From: Candidatus Iainarchaeum sp.
GTDB taxonomy: Archaea; Iainarchaeota; Iainarchaeia; Iainarchaeales; 0-14-0-20-30-16
Direction of reading: 5' to 3'
Length of the DNA: 32,000 bases
Assembly (NCBI GenBank): GCA_028710695.1
Contig: JAQTTP010000001.1
Span: 150,001 to 182,000, forward strand
Below the pieces are notes generated by a model. That model was not told the DNA's origin. It saw only the letters and a list, made by a program, of their open reading frames with translations, and did not search any database. Each line of letters begins with the position of its first letter. Position 1 is the stretch's first letter. Shown here piece by piece: positions 24,080 through 31,656 of this stretch. The position numbers and the translations under genes were made by a program.

Positions 24080-24960
24080 TAGGTTAAAAGATAAACCCTT
24101 TCATTGTGAACTAAGAATATTGATTCTATTCTTGAAAATATCTCTGCTGTGCCTAAATTTGACATCCTTTCTGTAATTCTATTTCTTGCATTCACTGTTG
24201 ACCCAAGTTCAAAGAGGCCAAATCTTCCAAATACGTATGTTGCCCCCTCTTTTAATGGTTCTAATGTATCCCCCACTTTTAGCACGAAACCGCTTTTTGT
24301 TTTTGCTATAACTGGGCTTTCAAGAATTAGCGTTTTTGCATCTATGTGGTCGTGGTTTAATACTACCCCGGAGTTCTCAACAATCTGAACTTTTGATTTT
24401 TCTGTAAATTCTGCAAGTTTTCCTGCTATCTGCCTTAACGGGCTTCCACTAGTATATGATGCTTTACCAACAGTCTCTAAAATATCTCTCTTTGTCTGGT
24501 CGTGCCAACCTCTATTGAATCTTTTTATGTGGAGACCGCCATTGCTGTCAACAAAAAATACACTTTCAACAGGTGCAACTTTACTTTTATTAATTCTTAC
24601 TACATTTTGGGACATAACTAATCTTGTTTTTCCATCCCATACAATAAGGCCAGATGCCCCGAAAATATAATGTACTCCTTTAGATAATAAAACTGGTGGT
24701 GCATCTGGGCTATTAAAAAATACCTTGTTTTCAATTTTTTCTAAACGGTACATATTAGTAGATTCTGTACCATGCCCTGTGCCCATGGCAGAAACTATTC
24801 CGTTTGCTCTGTATACCGCAGTTTCTGTTGCCCTTGCTTGTTTTCTTACAAAAGAATTTGCAGGCATTTTTGTATGTTCTGTTTCTCTATCAATATGTAT
24901 TTCTAAATTTGGCTTTCTAAGTCTTCTAGCTATCTTTCTAAATAACTCCCCCATAAACAA
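24076..24960 (-). CDS. Hypothetical protein with an internal duplication
   Basis: 294-aa ORF with no family recognised. Two related units: KGVHYIFGASGL...VESVFFV and EGATYVFGRFGL...IESIFLV. No signal peptide or TM helix. Confidence 0.55.
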   Translation of the reverse strand: MFMGELFRKIARRLRKPNLEIHIDRETEHTKMPANSFVRKQARATETAVYRANGIVSAMGTGHGTESTNMYRLEKIENKVFFNSPDAPPVLLSKGVHYIFGASGLIVWDGKTRLVMSQNVVRINKSKVAPVESVFFVDSNGGLHIKRFNRGWHDQTKRDILETVGKASYTSGSPLRQIAGKLAEFTEKSKVQIVENSGVVLNHDHIDAKTLILESPVIAKTKSGFVLKVGDTLEPLKEGATYVFGRFGLFELGSTVNARNRITERMSNLGTAEIFSRIESIFLVHNERVYLLTY

Positions 24961-24975
24961 CCACTTTTTAAATAT

Positions 24976-25524
24976 CTAAATATTCTTTAGGTTCCAATTT
25001 TTTATAAATCTACTCTTTGGAATTTGGTTTTTTATTGTATTATCTAAACAAATACCCATGCCCACTATTTCGTCTCCAAATTTTATTATTTTGTAGCCAC
25101 GTTCTAGAGGCTCTTTTAGAACAAGATCTTCCCCTCTCAAATATGATAATAAGTCAGATTCTTTTATTTGGTAAAGGTTTTTTGTTGCGTGCTTTCCAAA
25201 AATTTGAATAAAATTTGTTGTTGCTTTTTTATTGTCATCAAAAGGATTACGTAAAGCTCGTAGGCCAACAGTATTTATTTTTAGGCCGGAGTTAATAAAT
25301 GCAAGTGCTTGTGTTGATTTTTTTGTGGAAATCCAAAGATCTTTTCCTCTTTTTATAAATTCATAACCTTTGAAAGCTTTGCTAGGAATTCCAAACTGAG
25401 ATTCTAGATAATTGAAAATTACTAATTCCTCTTTTTTGCTTAATAGCTGATATTCTATTTTTTCATAATTTTTGTCAGGAAAAAAGCCCCTATCTTCGCT
25501 TTGTGTGGCCATATTCTTACGCAC
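24976..25524 (-). CDS. PUA-like C-terminal half of a split RsmF/NSUN-type RNA m5C methyltransferase
   Basis: GLRALRN...YLRGEDLVLKEPLERGYKIIKFGDEIVGMGICLDNTIKNQIPKSR resembles the RsmF C-terminal PUA-like domain (LKNxYPK ending). The first ~23 codons are an out-of-frame reading of the upstream methyltransferase 3' end. Confidence 0.6.
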   Translation of the reverse strand: MRKNMATQSEDRGFFPDKNYEKIEYQLLSKKEELVIFNYLESQFGIPSKAFKGYEFIKRGKDLWISTKKSTQALAFINSGLKINTVGLRALRNPFDDNKKATTNFIQIFGKHATKNLYQIKESDLLSYLRGEDLVLKEPLERGYKIIKFGDEIVGMGICLDNTIKNQIPKSRFIKNWNLKNI

Positions 25525-26387
25525 CTCTTAATTTGTTTGTCTATTTCGAAATCCTTGTACTTTGTTAATCCATTTGATTGATTAACACCATCAAATTCAA
25601 CAGGTTTTATTTCAATATCAAATTCTTTTAATACTCTGTTTACAACCAACTCATTTTCTTCTGGAGAAATTGTACAAGTAGAATAAATAATTGTTCCTTT
25701 TGGTTTTGTTGCAGTAATTGCTGCCTTTAATAATTCATATTCCAATTTTGCAGAACCGCTGACAAAGTTTGGGCCCCATTTGTGCTTGATTTTTTCGTCT
25801 TTGAACATCGTTCCTTCTAAAGAGCAAGGGGCATCTAATAATACCTTATCAAATGCTTCAGGCATTTTTCTAAAATATCTGCCATCATTTCTTGTTATAA
25901 CTGTATTTATAATTCCTAATCTTTCTAGGTTGTCTTGTAATGCTTGAATTCTTTTTTGGTTTGGTTCGTTTGCAACAATTAGACCTTGGTTTTTCATATC
26001 CATGCCTATTTGAGTTGTTTTTGACCCTGGCGCAGCAGCAAGATCCAAAATGGACTCATCTTCCTCTGCCTCCAAAGGAATTACTGGAAGCATAGAACTT
26101 GCATCTTGGACATAAATTTTTCCTAAAAAATGTTCTAAAGTGTTTCCTAAGGACGCACCAAAAGCATTAACAAAAAAGCCGTATTTATACCATTCCATTT
26201 GTGTTAATTTAAACCCTTTGGCTTCTAATGATTCTTTAACCTCTTTAGGGCTTGCTCTAAGGGAATTTACCCTGAATGATTTTAGAGGGGGCTCAACTAA
26301 TGCCTTTTTGAAGTCATCGATTTCTTTCTCGGGAAGTATTTCTGTAACTTTTTCTAAAAACAATTTTGGTATCTCTTGTGTTTGCAT
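25455..26387 (-). CDS. NOL1/NOP2/Sun-family RNA (cytosine-C5) methyltransferase, catalytic part
   Basis: ILDLAAAPGSKTTQI (SAM motif I), LLDAPCSLEGT (motif IV Cys), IIYSTCTISPEENE (motif VI Cys), and the family-typical ending RIWPHKAKIGAFFLTKI. Confidence 0.9.
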   Translation of the reverse strand: MQTQEIPKLFLEKVTEILPEKEIDDFKKALVEPPLKSFRVNSLRASPKEVKESLEAKGFKLTQMEWYKYGFFVNAFGASLGNTLEHFLGKIYVQDASSMLPVIPLEAEEDESILDLAAAPGSKTTQIGMDMKNQGLIVANEPNQKRIQALQDNLERLGIINTVITRNDGRYFRKMPEAFDKVLLDAPCSLEGTMFKDEKIKHKWGPNFVSGSAKLEYELLKAAITATKPKGTIIYSTCTISPEENELVVNRVLKEFDIEIKPVEFDGVNQSNGLTKYKDFEIDKQIKRCVRIWPHKAKIGAFFLTKIMKK

Positions 26388-26410
26388 ATATGACTTTATG
26401 GCAGATATTA

Positions 26411-26418
26411 TTTATAAA
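26411..26418 (+). promoter_or_regulatory. TATA-like box upstream of the GNAT gene
   Basis: TTTATAAA lies 23-30 nt upstream of ATG 26441 with no Shine-Dalgarno sequence in between. This is consistent with a leaderless archaeal transcript. Confidence 0.3.
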
Positions 26419-26440
26419 GAAATACTTTCTTATTTTTTTT

Positions 26441-26992
26441 ATGAAGCCAAGAAAACCAGAGCGAGCAATAAGGGAACTGGGCGTAACAACAAAAGAACGA
26501 GCCAAAGAGGTCCATGGTCTTGCAGTAGAAGAATTAAGACGAAGAAATGGGGAACTTCTTGAGATGGTTCCCCGTAAAACACGAGTATACAAGAATGAAC
26601 ATCTTGGCCTTTGGCATATTGACCTGGCGGGCATTGGCGAAGCAATGGTTGAAAAAGATGAGCTCTATGGAGATCGTTTCCTTTTTGTATCTAGTTTTAA
26701 TGTTGGTGACCCTGGAAATGGGCATAGCGGCCTAAGAAAACAAAAACTTGGGTCTATATTATTAAATATTATTAAGGGGCTGGCAAAAAGAGAAAAAAAA
26801 CAAGCTGTTTTTTTGGTTTGTAAAGGCAAAGTAAGAGAATTTTATGAAAAAAATGGGTTTGTAAAATTTAAATCTGCCGGGTCAGATTCTGATGGTGCAG
26901 AATCACATGTAATGGTATTCTTTTTAGACGCAAAGTTGAAAGAATGGTTTAAGAAAGATCCGCGAGGCCTTATAGACGAAATTATAATTTAG
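26441..26992 (+). CDS. GNAT-family acetyltransferase with an Arg-rich, G+C-rich N-terminal extension
   Basis: LRKQKLGSILLNIIKGLAKRE (motif A-like R/Q-x-x-G-x-G/A region) and REFYEKNGFVKF (GNAT motif B ending). Start moved to Met26 of ORF 26366..26992 (ATG 26441). Confidence 0.6.
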   Translation: MKPRKPERAIRELGVTTKERAKEVHGLAVEELRRRNGELLEMVPRKTRVYKNEHLGLWHIDLAGIGEAMVEKDELYGDRFLFVSSFNVGDPGNGHSGLRKQKLGSILLNIIKGLAKREKKQAVFLVCKGKVREFYEKNGFVKFKSAGSDSDGAESHVMVFFLDAKLKEWFKKDPRGLIDEIII

Positions 26993-27026
26993 TAAAGAAT
27001 TTTAACCTTGCCGCTCATTTTTGTAC

Positions 27027-28229
27027 ATGCATTTTATAAAATACGGGCATCTTGTAAAATCAAAATTTGGGGTAATCCTTCTTGCAACCTTGATTTGGCT
27101 TGCAGCAGATAGAATGCTGGAATATGTAATGCCACTATATCTGGAAGGTATTGGGAAATCTTATTTTGAAATTGGTTTGCTTTTGTCATTGACTGCTTTG
27201 GGCGGACTTTTATTTGATTGGCCATTAGGAAATTTGTCTGATGCAACAAGTAGAAGAAAGATAATGTTTACAAGTGTGATTTTATCAATAATTGCTTCGG
27301 CCCTTATTTTTATATTTGAAATAAATTGGGTTTTGACAATATTGATTTTGGTTTGGAGTATTGCATACCAAATGTGGTGTGTTCCGCGTGATGCTTATCT
27401 TGCAGCACATACAGACCACAACAAAAGGTCAAGAGAATATGGCCTGTTTAATGAAGTTGTGGATATTGCGGAAACAATAGGTCCACTAATCTGTGGTGCT
27501 TTGCTTCTATATTTGGGTTATAGTGGGATAGTAAGTATTTATGCAGTGATGCTTGGAATTGCTGCTTTGATAATATTATTTTTCATTGCTGAAACAGACC
27601 ACCGGTCTATGCTTAAAGCAATTCCCCAAAGTTTTAAATTTTCTGCTTTTATAAGAGATTTAAAAGAGTTGAAGTATCTTGGTTCATTTGGATTATTGCT
27701 ATTATTTTATTCTTTTAGTTTCATGGCTTTAGATAATGTTATTTTCTTGTTTGAGCCACTTTTTTGTACATCTGGTGGGCTTGGTCTTTCACTTTCTCTC
27801 GCAGGTCTATTGATGGCATTCTTTTCAATACCTGGAATTCTATTTTCATATTTGTTTGGACTGATTGCAGATAAAATTGGAAAAAAGAAAGTGCTTTTTG
27901 CAGGAATGATTTGTATTGGTTTAAGTTTGATTCTTTTTGTGAGTACAAAAAATATTGTTTTACTATTTGCGTTTGCATCCTTATATTCAATAGGAGCGGC
28001 AATGTTCCTTCCATCTCTGAATGGGCTTATTGTTGACTTGTCATTTGGACATCAAAAAGGAAAAATTGTTGGGCTTTGGGATTCTTTTACAGATTTGGGA
28101 TATTTTATTGGTCCACTTATTGGCGGAATAATTGCGGAATTTTATGGCCTGAGGGAAGTATATATTTCTTTGGGAGTGTTTTTTATTGCTATAAGCCTAT
28201 TGATTTTTTTCTTTGTTAAAAGAAAGTAA
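27027..28229 (+). CDS. Major facilitator superfamily transporter
   Basis: About 12 hydrophobic helices. GNLSDATSRRKIM between TM2 and TM3 and LIADKIGKKKVL in the second half match the MFS signature G-x-x-x-D-(R/K)-x-G-R-(R/K). ATG 27027 is preferred over TTG 27021. Confidence 0.85.
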   Translation: MHFIKYGHLVKSKFGVILLATLIWLAADRMLEYVMPLYLEGIGKSYFEIGLLLSLTALGGLLFDWPLGNLSDATSRRKIMFTSVILSIIASALIFIFEINWVLTILILVWSIAYQMWCVPRDAYLAAHTDHNKRSREYGLFNEVVDIAETIGPLICGALLLYLGYSGIVSIYAVMLGIAALIILFFIAETDHRSMLKAIPQSFKFSAFIRDLKELKYLGSFGLLLLFYSFSFMALDNVIFLFEPLFCTSGGLGLSLSLAGLLMAFFSIPGILFSYLFGLIADKIGKKKVLFAGMICIGLSLILFVSTKNIVLLFAFASLYSIGAAMFLPSLNGLIVDLSFGHQKGKIVGLWDSFTDLGYFIGPLIGGIIAEFYGLREVYISLGVFFIAISLLIFFFVKRK

Positions 28230-28253
28230 TATAAACTGCTTTCTTCTTTTTTT
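28220..28253 (+). terminator. Hairpin plus T-run after the MFS gene
   Basis: AAGAAAG-12 nt-CTTTCTT overlaps the stop codon and is followed by CTTTTTTT. Confidence 0.35.
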
Positions 28254-28255
28254 AT

Positions 28256-28338
28256 TGTGATTTTATGGGCAAGAAAGCAATTTATAAATAAATTGTTTCA
28301 AGAACCATAAAATATATGGTGTGATTTTATGGGCAAGA
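28256..28338 (+). repeat. 19-nt perfect direct repeat pair in the RuBisCO upstream region
   Basis: TGTGATTTTATGGGCAAGA occurs at 28256-28274 and 28320-28338. A TTTATAAATAAA TATA-like stretch (28281-28292) lies between the copies. Each copy carries an ATG-GGC-AAG start. Confidence 0.9.
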
Positions 28339-28406
28339 TGTTGCTATACATATTAATACTAATTATTATTGTTCTTGTTGTTCTAATGTTAACTGGTGTT
28401 ATCTGA
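28329..28406 (+). CDS. Candidate 25-aa hydrophobic micro-protein or leader ORF upstream of rbcL
   Basis: Hand translation: MGKMLLYILILIIIVLVVLMLTGVI, stop TGA 28404-28406. It ends 19 nt before the rbcL ATG, and its start lies in the second repeat copy. Confidence 0.35.
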   Translation: MGKMLLYILILIIIVLVVLMLTGVI

Positions 28407-28425
28407 GAGGGTATGAGGGATTTCT

Positions 28426-29733
28426 ATGGCTGGAAAGATTGAATGGTATCATGAATTTGTGAATAAAAAATATAACCCCAAACCAAATGATGTTAAAGTA
28501 CTTTTTAAATACAAACCTGCAGAAGGTATGACTAAAGAAGAAGTAATTGGAAGGGTTGCTTCTGAGAGCTCGTCAGGAACCTGGACAACACTTGCCAATA
28601 GACCAAAGCTTTTGAAGAAGGTAATGGCTTATGGTTATGATTATGATAAAGACTATGTGAAAATAGCTTATCCAAGAATTTTATTTGAAGATGGCTCTGT
28701 TCCTTGTATGATGTCTGGAATAGCAGGAAATATTTTTGGGATGAAAGCAGTAGAAGGATTGAGACTGCAAGATGCAGAGCTTCCAATGGATTATGTTAAA
28801 GGTTTTAAAGGCCCCAAATTCGGACAAACTGCAATACAAAAAATCTTTAAGAGAAAGCACGGCCCAATAACTTCTGTTGTACCTAAACCGAAAGTGGGCT
28901 ATACTTCTAAAGAGCATGCTTATTTTGTTGCAAAGCAGGTTTGGAGTGGTGGAATTGATTGTGTTAAAGATGACGAGAATTTAACAAATCAAAAGTTTAA
29001 CAAATTTGCAGATAGGGTGAAATATCTTGCAAAGGTTAGGGACCAAGTAATGAAAGATACAGGGGATATCAAAGATGCTTTCATTAACTGTACTTCTCCA
29101 ACTCTAAAAGAAATGGAAAAAAGAGTAAAAATGGTTCATGATTATGGATTTAATTATTTTATGTTGGATTTAGTAGTGGGCGGTTTTACTGCTGTTGGAA
29201 CTGCAGTGGAATTGAGCTATGACTATAAAATGGCAATACATGGACACAGAGCTATGCACGCGGCCTTTACAAAAAATCCAGATCACGGAATTTCAATGCT
29301 TTTCTTAGCAAAGCTTTACAGGCTTATGGGTGTGGATAATATTCACACAGGTACTGTTGTTGGAAAGCTTGACGGCAATGAAAAAGAGATAATGGCAATG
29401 AAAGATATGATTATGGAGCCAAAGGTTGATGAAATAAAAAACATAAGGCTGGCTCAGAAATGGGGCAAGATAAAACCATCATTACCAATATCTTCCGGGG
29501 GTTTACATCCTGGATTGATTCCTGCGGTTTTTGATGTTTATGGGACAATGAACATAGGTCTACAATTAGGTGGTGGAACACAAGGCCATCCAGATGGAAT
29601 TGAGGCAGGGTCTAGAGCAATGATGCAAGCAATAGAGGCTCACAGACAAGGAATAGAATTGAAAGATTATGCTAAGAACCACAAAGAATTAGCAAGAGCA
29701 TTAGAGAAATGGGGTGTCATGAAGCCTATTTAG
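28426..29733 (+). CDS. rbcL: Ribulose-1,5-bisphosphate carboxylase/oxygenase large subunit, form III type
   Basis: ESSSGTWTT, GNIFGMK, VPKPKVG, GGIDCVKDDENL (carbamylated Lys plus Asp/Glu metal ligands), IHGHRAMHAA, IHTGTVVGKLDG, SSGGLHPG and QLGGGTQGHP. No small-subunit gene nearby. GAGGG precedes the ATG. Confidence 0.95.
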   Translation: MAGKIEWYHEFVNKKYNPKPNDVKVLFKYKPAEGMTKEEVIGRVASESSSGTWTTLANRPKLLKKVMAYGYDYDKDYVKIAYPRILFEDGSVPCMMSGIAGNIFGMKAVEGLRLQDAELPMDYVKGFKGPKFGQTAIQKIFKRKHGPITSVVPKPKVGYTSKEHAYFVAKQVWSGGIDCVKDDENLTNQKFNKFADRVKYLAKVRDQVMKDTGDIKDAFINCTSPTLKEMEKRVKMVHDYGFNYFMLDLVVGGFTAVGTAVELSYDYKMAIHGHRAMHAAFTKNPDHGISMLFLAKLYRLMGVDNIHTGTVVGKLDGNEKEIMAMKDMIMEPKVDEIKNIRLAQKWGKIKPSLPISSGGLHPGLIPAVFDVYGTMNIGLQLGGGTQGHPDGIEAGSRAMMQAIEAHRQGIELKDYAKNHKELARALEKWGVMKPI

Positions 29734-29758
29734 TTTGCACTAAATAGCTTCAGGGCTC

Positions 29759-29782
29759 AAAACTTTTTAGCTAAAAAGTTTT
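29759..29782. terminator. Perfect palindrome between convergent genes (bidirectional terminator candidate)
   Basis: AAAACTTTTTA-GC-TAAAAAGTTTT, an 11-bp stem with T5 runs on both strands. A second 7-bp hairpin ATTTAGT-TTGC-ACTAAAT (29728-29745) spans the rbcL stop codon. Confidence 0.5.
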
Positions 29783-29811
29783 TCACTATGAAGCCGATGT
29801 AATCTTTTTAT

Positions 29812-30789
29812 CTATCTGGACACGGCTTTGCCTTGTTCAGCCCTTTTTTTCCAATATCTTAATCTAGCATCTACTTGATCTGGAGTAACAGTTCTACCTA
29901 AGGCATTTGAAATTTGCGCAGGTTTAAGGCCTTTCTGCGCCAATTCTCTAATAATTTTATTTTGCCTTTCGATTTCTGCAAGAGAATGTTGTGTTGGGCC
30001 CCGTGGTCTGTTTGGAAGTTGTTGCCTTTCAGTTGATCTGGCTCTTACCCTCATTATAACACTTACTCTGTCAAATCTAAACTTAAAGCCGCTCTTTTCT
30101 AGTTCGGCATTTAATTTTCTCGCAATATCATCTAATTTTGTTCCCTTTAAATATTCTGAAAGAATCAAAGCATTTTGTTTTTTTAATTCTCCGATTGAAA
30201 AAGAACTCCCTGGAAAAGGTCTTAAGTCTTTTATGTGTTGTGGGACTTCAGATAAATAGTTTACTATTGATGTTATGCTCATGCCAAGTAACTCAGCAAG
30301 GTCCTCATTTGAGAGCCTAGGATCTTCTTTTACTAATCTGGCAACTTCTGCAATCTTTGGGTTTACTGGGTCTTGTTTATGTAAAGAATATTCCGCATCC
30401 CAATATTTTCTTACTGCTTCTAGATCAGCATCTAACAGCATTTTTCCAGTTTCTCCAGAATATTGTGGAAGACTTAAAACATCACTTATTTGTGCCCCAG
30501 CATCTAGCCGTTCTTTAAGATCGTGCCGTCTTGTAATATTTTCTTCTCTTTGCCCTACTATTGCTGCTCTTTTTCCAACTGGCACATGAAGGCCTTCTCT
30601 TTCTAAATCCAACAATATTTTCCCTGCTTTTCCATATGAAAAGCCATGTTCTTGAACTAATTCTGTTGCTGTTACGGACCCATGTTTTTTAATGATGTCT
30701 AATGCTCGTTTTCTTTCTGTTCGATAATCTTTTATTTGTTGTTTTCGTTCTTGCCCGTATTTCTTTCTCCAACCGGTTCTTATTTTCAT
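29812..30789 (-). CDS. Multi-HTH DNA-binding protein of unknown family, compositionally atypical
   Basis: At least three HTH-like segments: SVTATELVQEHGFSYGKAGKILLDLEREGL, LSNEDLAELLGMSITSIVNYLSE and LKPAQISNALGRTVTPDQVDARL. It is Arg-rich. ATG 30789 is preferred over TTG 30804. Sampled 60-nt lines give 45% G+C. Confidence 0.55.
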   Translation of the reverse strand: MKIRTGWRKKYGQERKQQIKDYRTERKRALDIIKKHGSVTATELVQEHGFSYGKAGKILLDLEREGLHVPVGKRAAIVGQREENITRRHDLKERLDAGAQISDVLSLPQYSGETGKMLLDADLEAVRKYWDAEYSLHKQDPVNPKIAEVARLVKEDPRLSNEDLAELLGMSITSIVNYLSEVPQHIKDLRPFPGSSFSIGELKKQNALILSEYLKGTKLDDIARKLNAELEKSGFKFRFDRVSVIMRVRARSTERQQLPNRPRGPTQHSLAEIERQNKIIRELAQKGLKPAQISNALGRTVTPDQVDARLRYWKKRAEQGKAVSR

Positions 30790-30831
30790 GTAAAAAATAG
30801 GCAAAAGAAGTATAAAAAGCTATTGTGTAGG

Positions 30832-31569
30832 CTACTTTTTAGACTTGCTGTTCCAAAGGGCATAGAAATAGTCTCTGTGTGTTTGCGCCATTTCTTTGCT
30901 GTGTATCATAAAAGCAATAATATTTTCTTTTGATACTAACTTTAGAACTACTTTGTCCCCATATATCCAAACAGTTTGAGGATTGGTAAAAGTTTTTGGA
31001 AGATATTTTACAGAAACAAATTTTTCGGTTATTAATTTTTTGTAATATTTTTTCCCAGTCTCTGTTGGTGTCACTAGAACTTTTCTATGGATTTTTTTGT
31101 TAATTCTCTTTTTATTAAATATATCTAAATATATTGGATAAAGATCTGGCGCATTTCCTGATGACCCAATAGTAAGCCATTCTTTTCCAGTGTTTATTAT
31201 ATCGTCAAAGATTGCTTTTATTCCTTCTTTACCTTCATATGTTTCTGAAAATATGTTTGTTTTCTTTACTTTGTATTTTTCTTCTAAAGCAGAAATTTCA
31301 GTATCAATATTGTTATTATACTCCTCTAAAATGTGTTTAATTTTTTGTGGATTTGTTGCTATAAAATATTTTTTGTTTCCTTTAGAAAAATGAGACACTA
31401 AGCCTTTTTCTATTAACCTGTTTAAGGCATCATATGTCGCCCTTCTATGTAGATTTGTTTTTTTTGATATGTTTGTTGCAATGTCATTTTCTACAGCAAT
31501 TAAGTAATAATAACATTTTATTTCATTAGTAGTTAATCCTATTTGCTTAAGGCCTGAAAAATTATCCAT
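30832..31569 (-). CDS. TrmB-family transcriptional regulator
   Basis: LKQIGLTTNEIKCYYYLIAVENDIATNISKKTNLHRRATYDALNRLIEKGLVSHFSKGNKKYFIATNP is a TrmB N-terminal wHTH. ATG 31569 is preferred; the ORF-track GTG at 31617 is possible. Confidence 0.75.
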   Translation of the reverse strand: MDNFSGLKQIGLTTNEIKCYYYLIAVENDIATNISKKTNLHRRATYDALNRLIEKGLVSHFSKGNKKYFIATNPQKIKHILEEYNNNIDTEISALEEKYKVKKTNIFSETYEGKEGIKAIFDDIINTGKEWLTIGSSGNAPDLYPIYLDIFNKKRINKKIHRKVLVTPTETGKKYYKKLITEKFVSVKYLPKTFTNPQTVWIYGDKVVLKLVSKENIIAFMIHSKEMAQTHRDYFYALWNSKSKK

Positions 31570-31656
31570 ATTGGTATTTATGTCCGAAAAGATTATATTT
31601 GTGGTGCTATTAAGCACACCATTAATATAAATAGGGGGTCATGTCAGAAAACTAGT

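Noticed and set aside
26140-26735. Five overlapping ORFs on both strands (26140-26562, 26314-26634, 26439-26645, 26534-26725, 26547-26735), considered as a nested or overlapping-gene locus
   Set aside because: They coincide with a locally G+C-rich stretch where stop codons are rare in all frames. Only the frame continuous with the GNAT core has family motifs and a TATA-like box at the right distance.
28426-29733. Possibility that the RuBisCO homologue is a non-carboxylating form IV RuBisCO-like protein
   Set aside because: All checked active-site residues are intact (KDDE, KPK, HGHRAMH, HTGT, GKLDG, SGG, GGGxGHP).
30138-30933. Plus-strand ORFs 30138-30320, 30275-30589 and 30736-30933
   Set aside because: They are antisense to the G+C-richer multi-HTH gene. 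They are Ser/Leu/Cys-rich with no motifs or translation signals.
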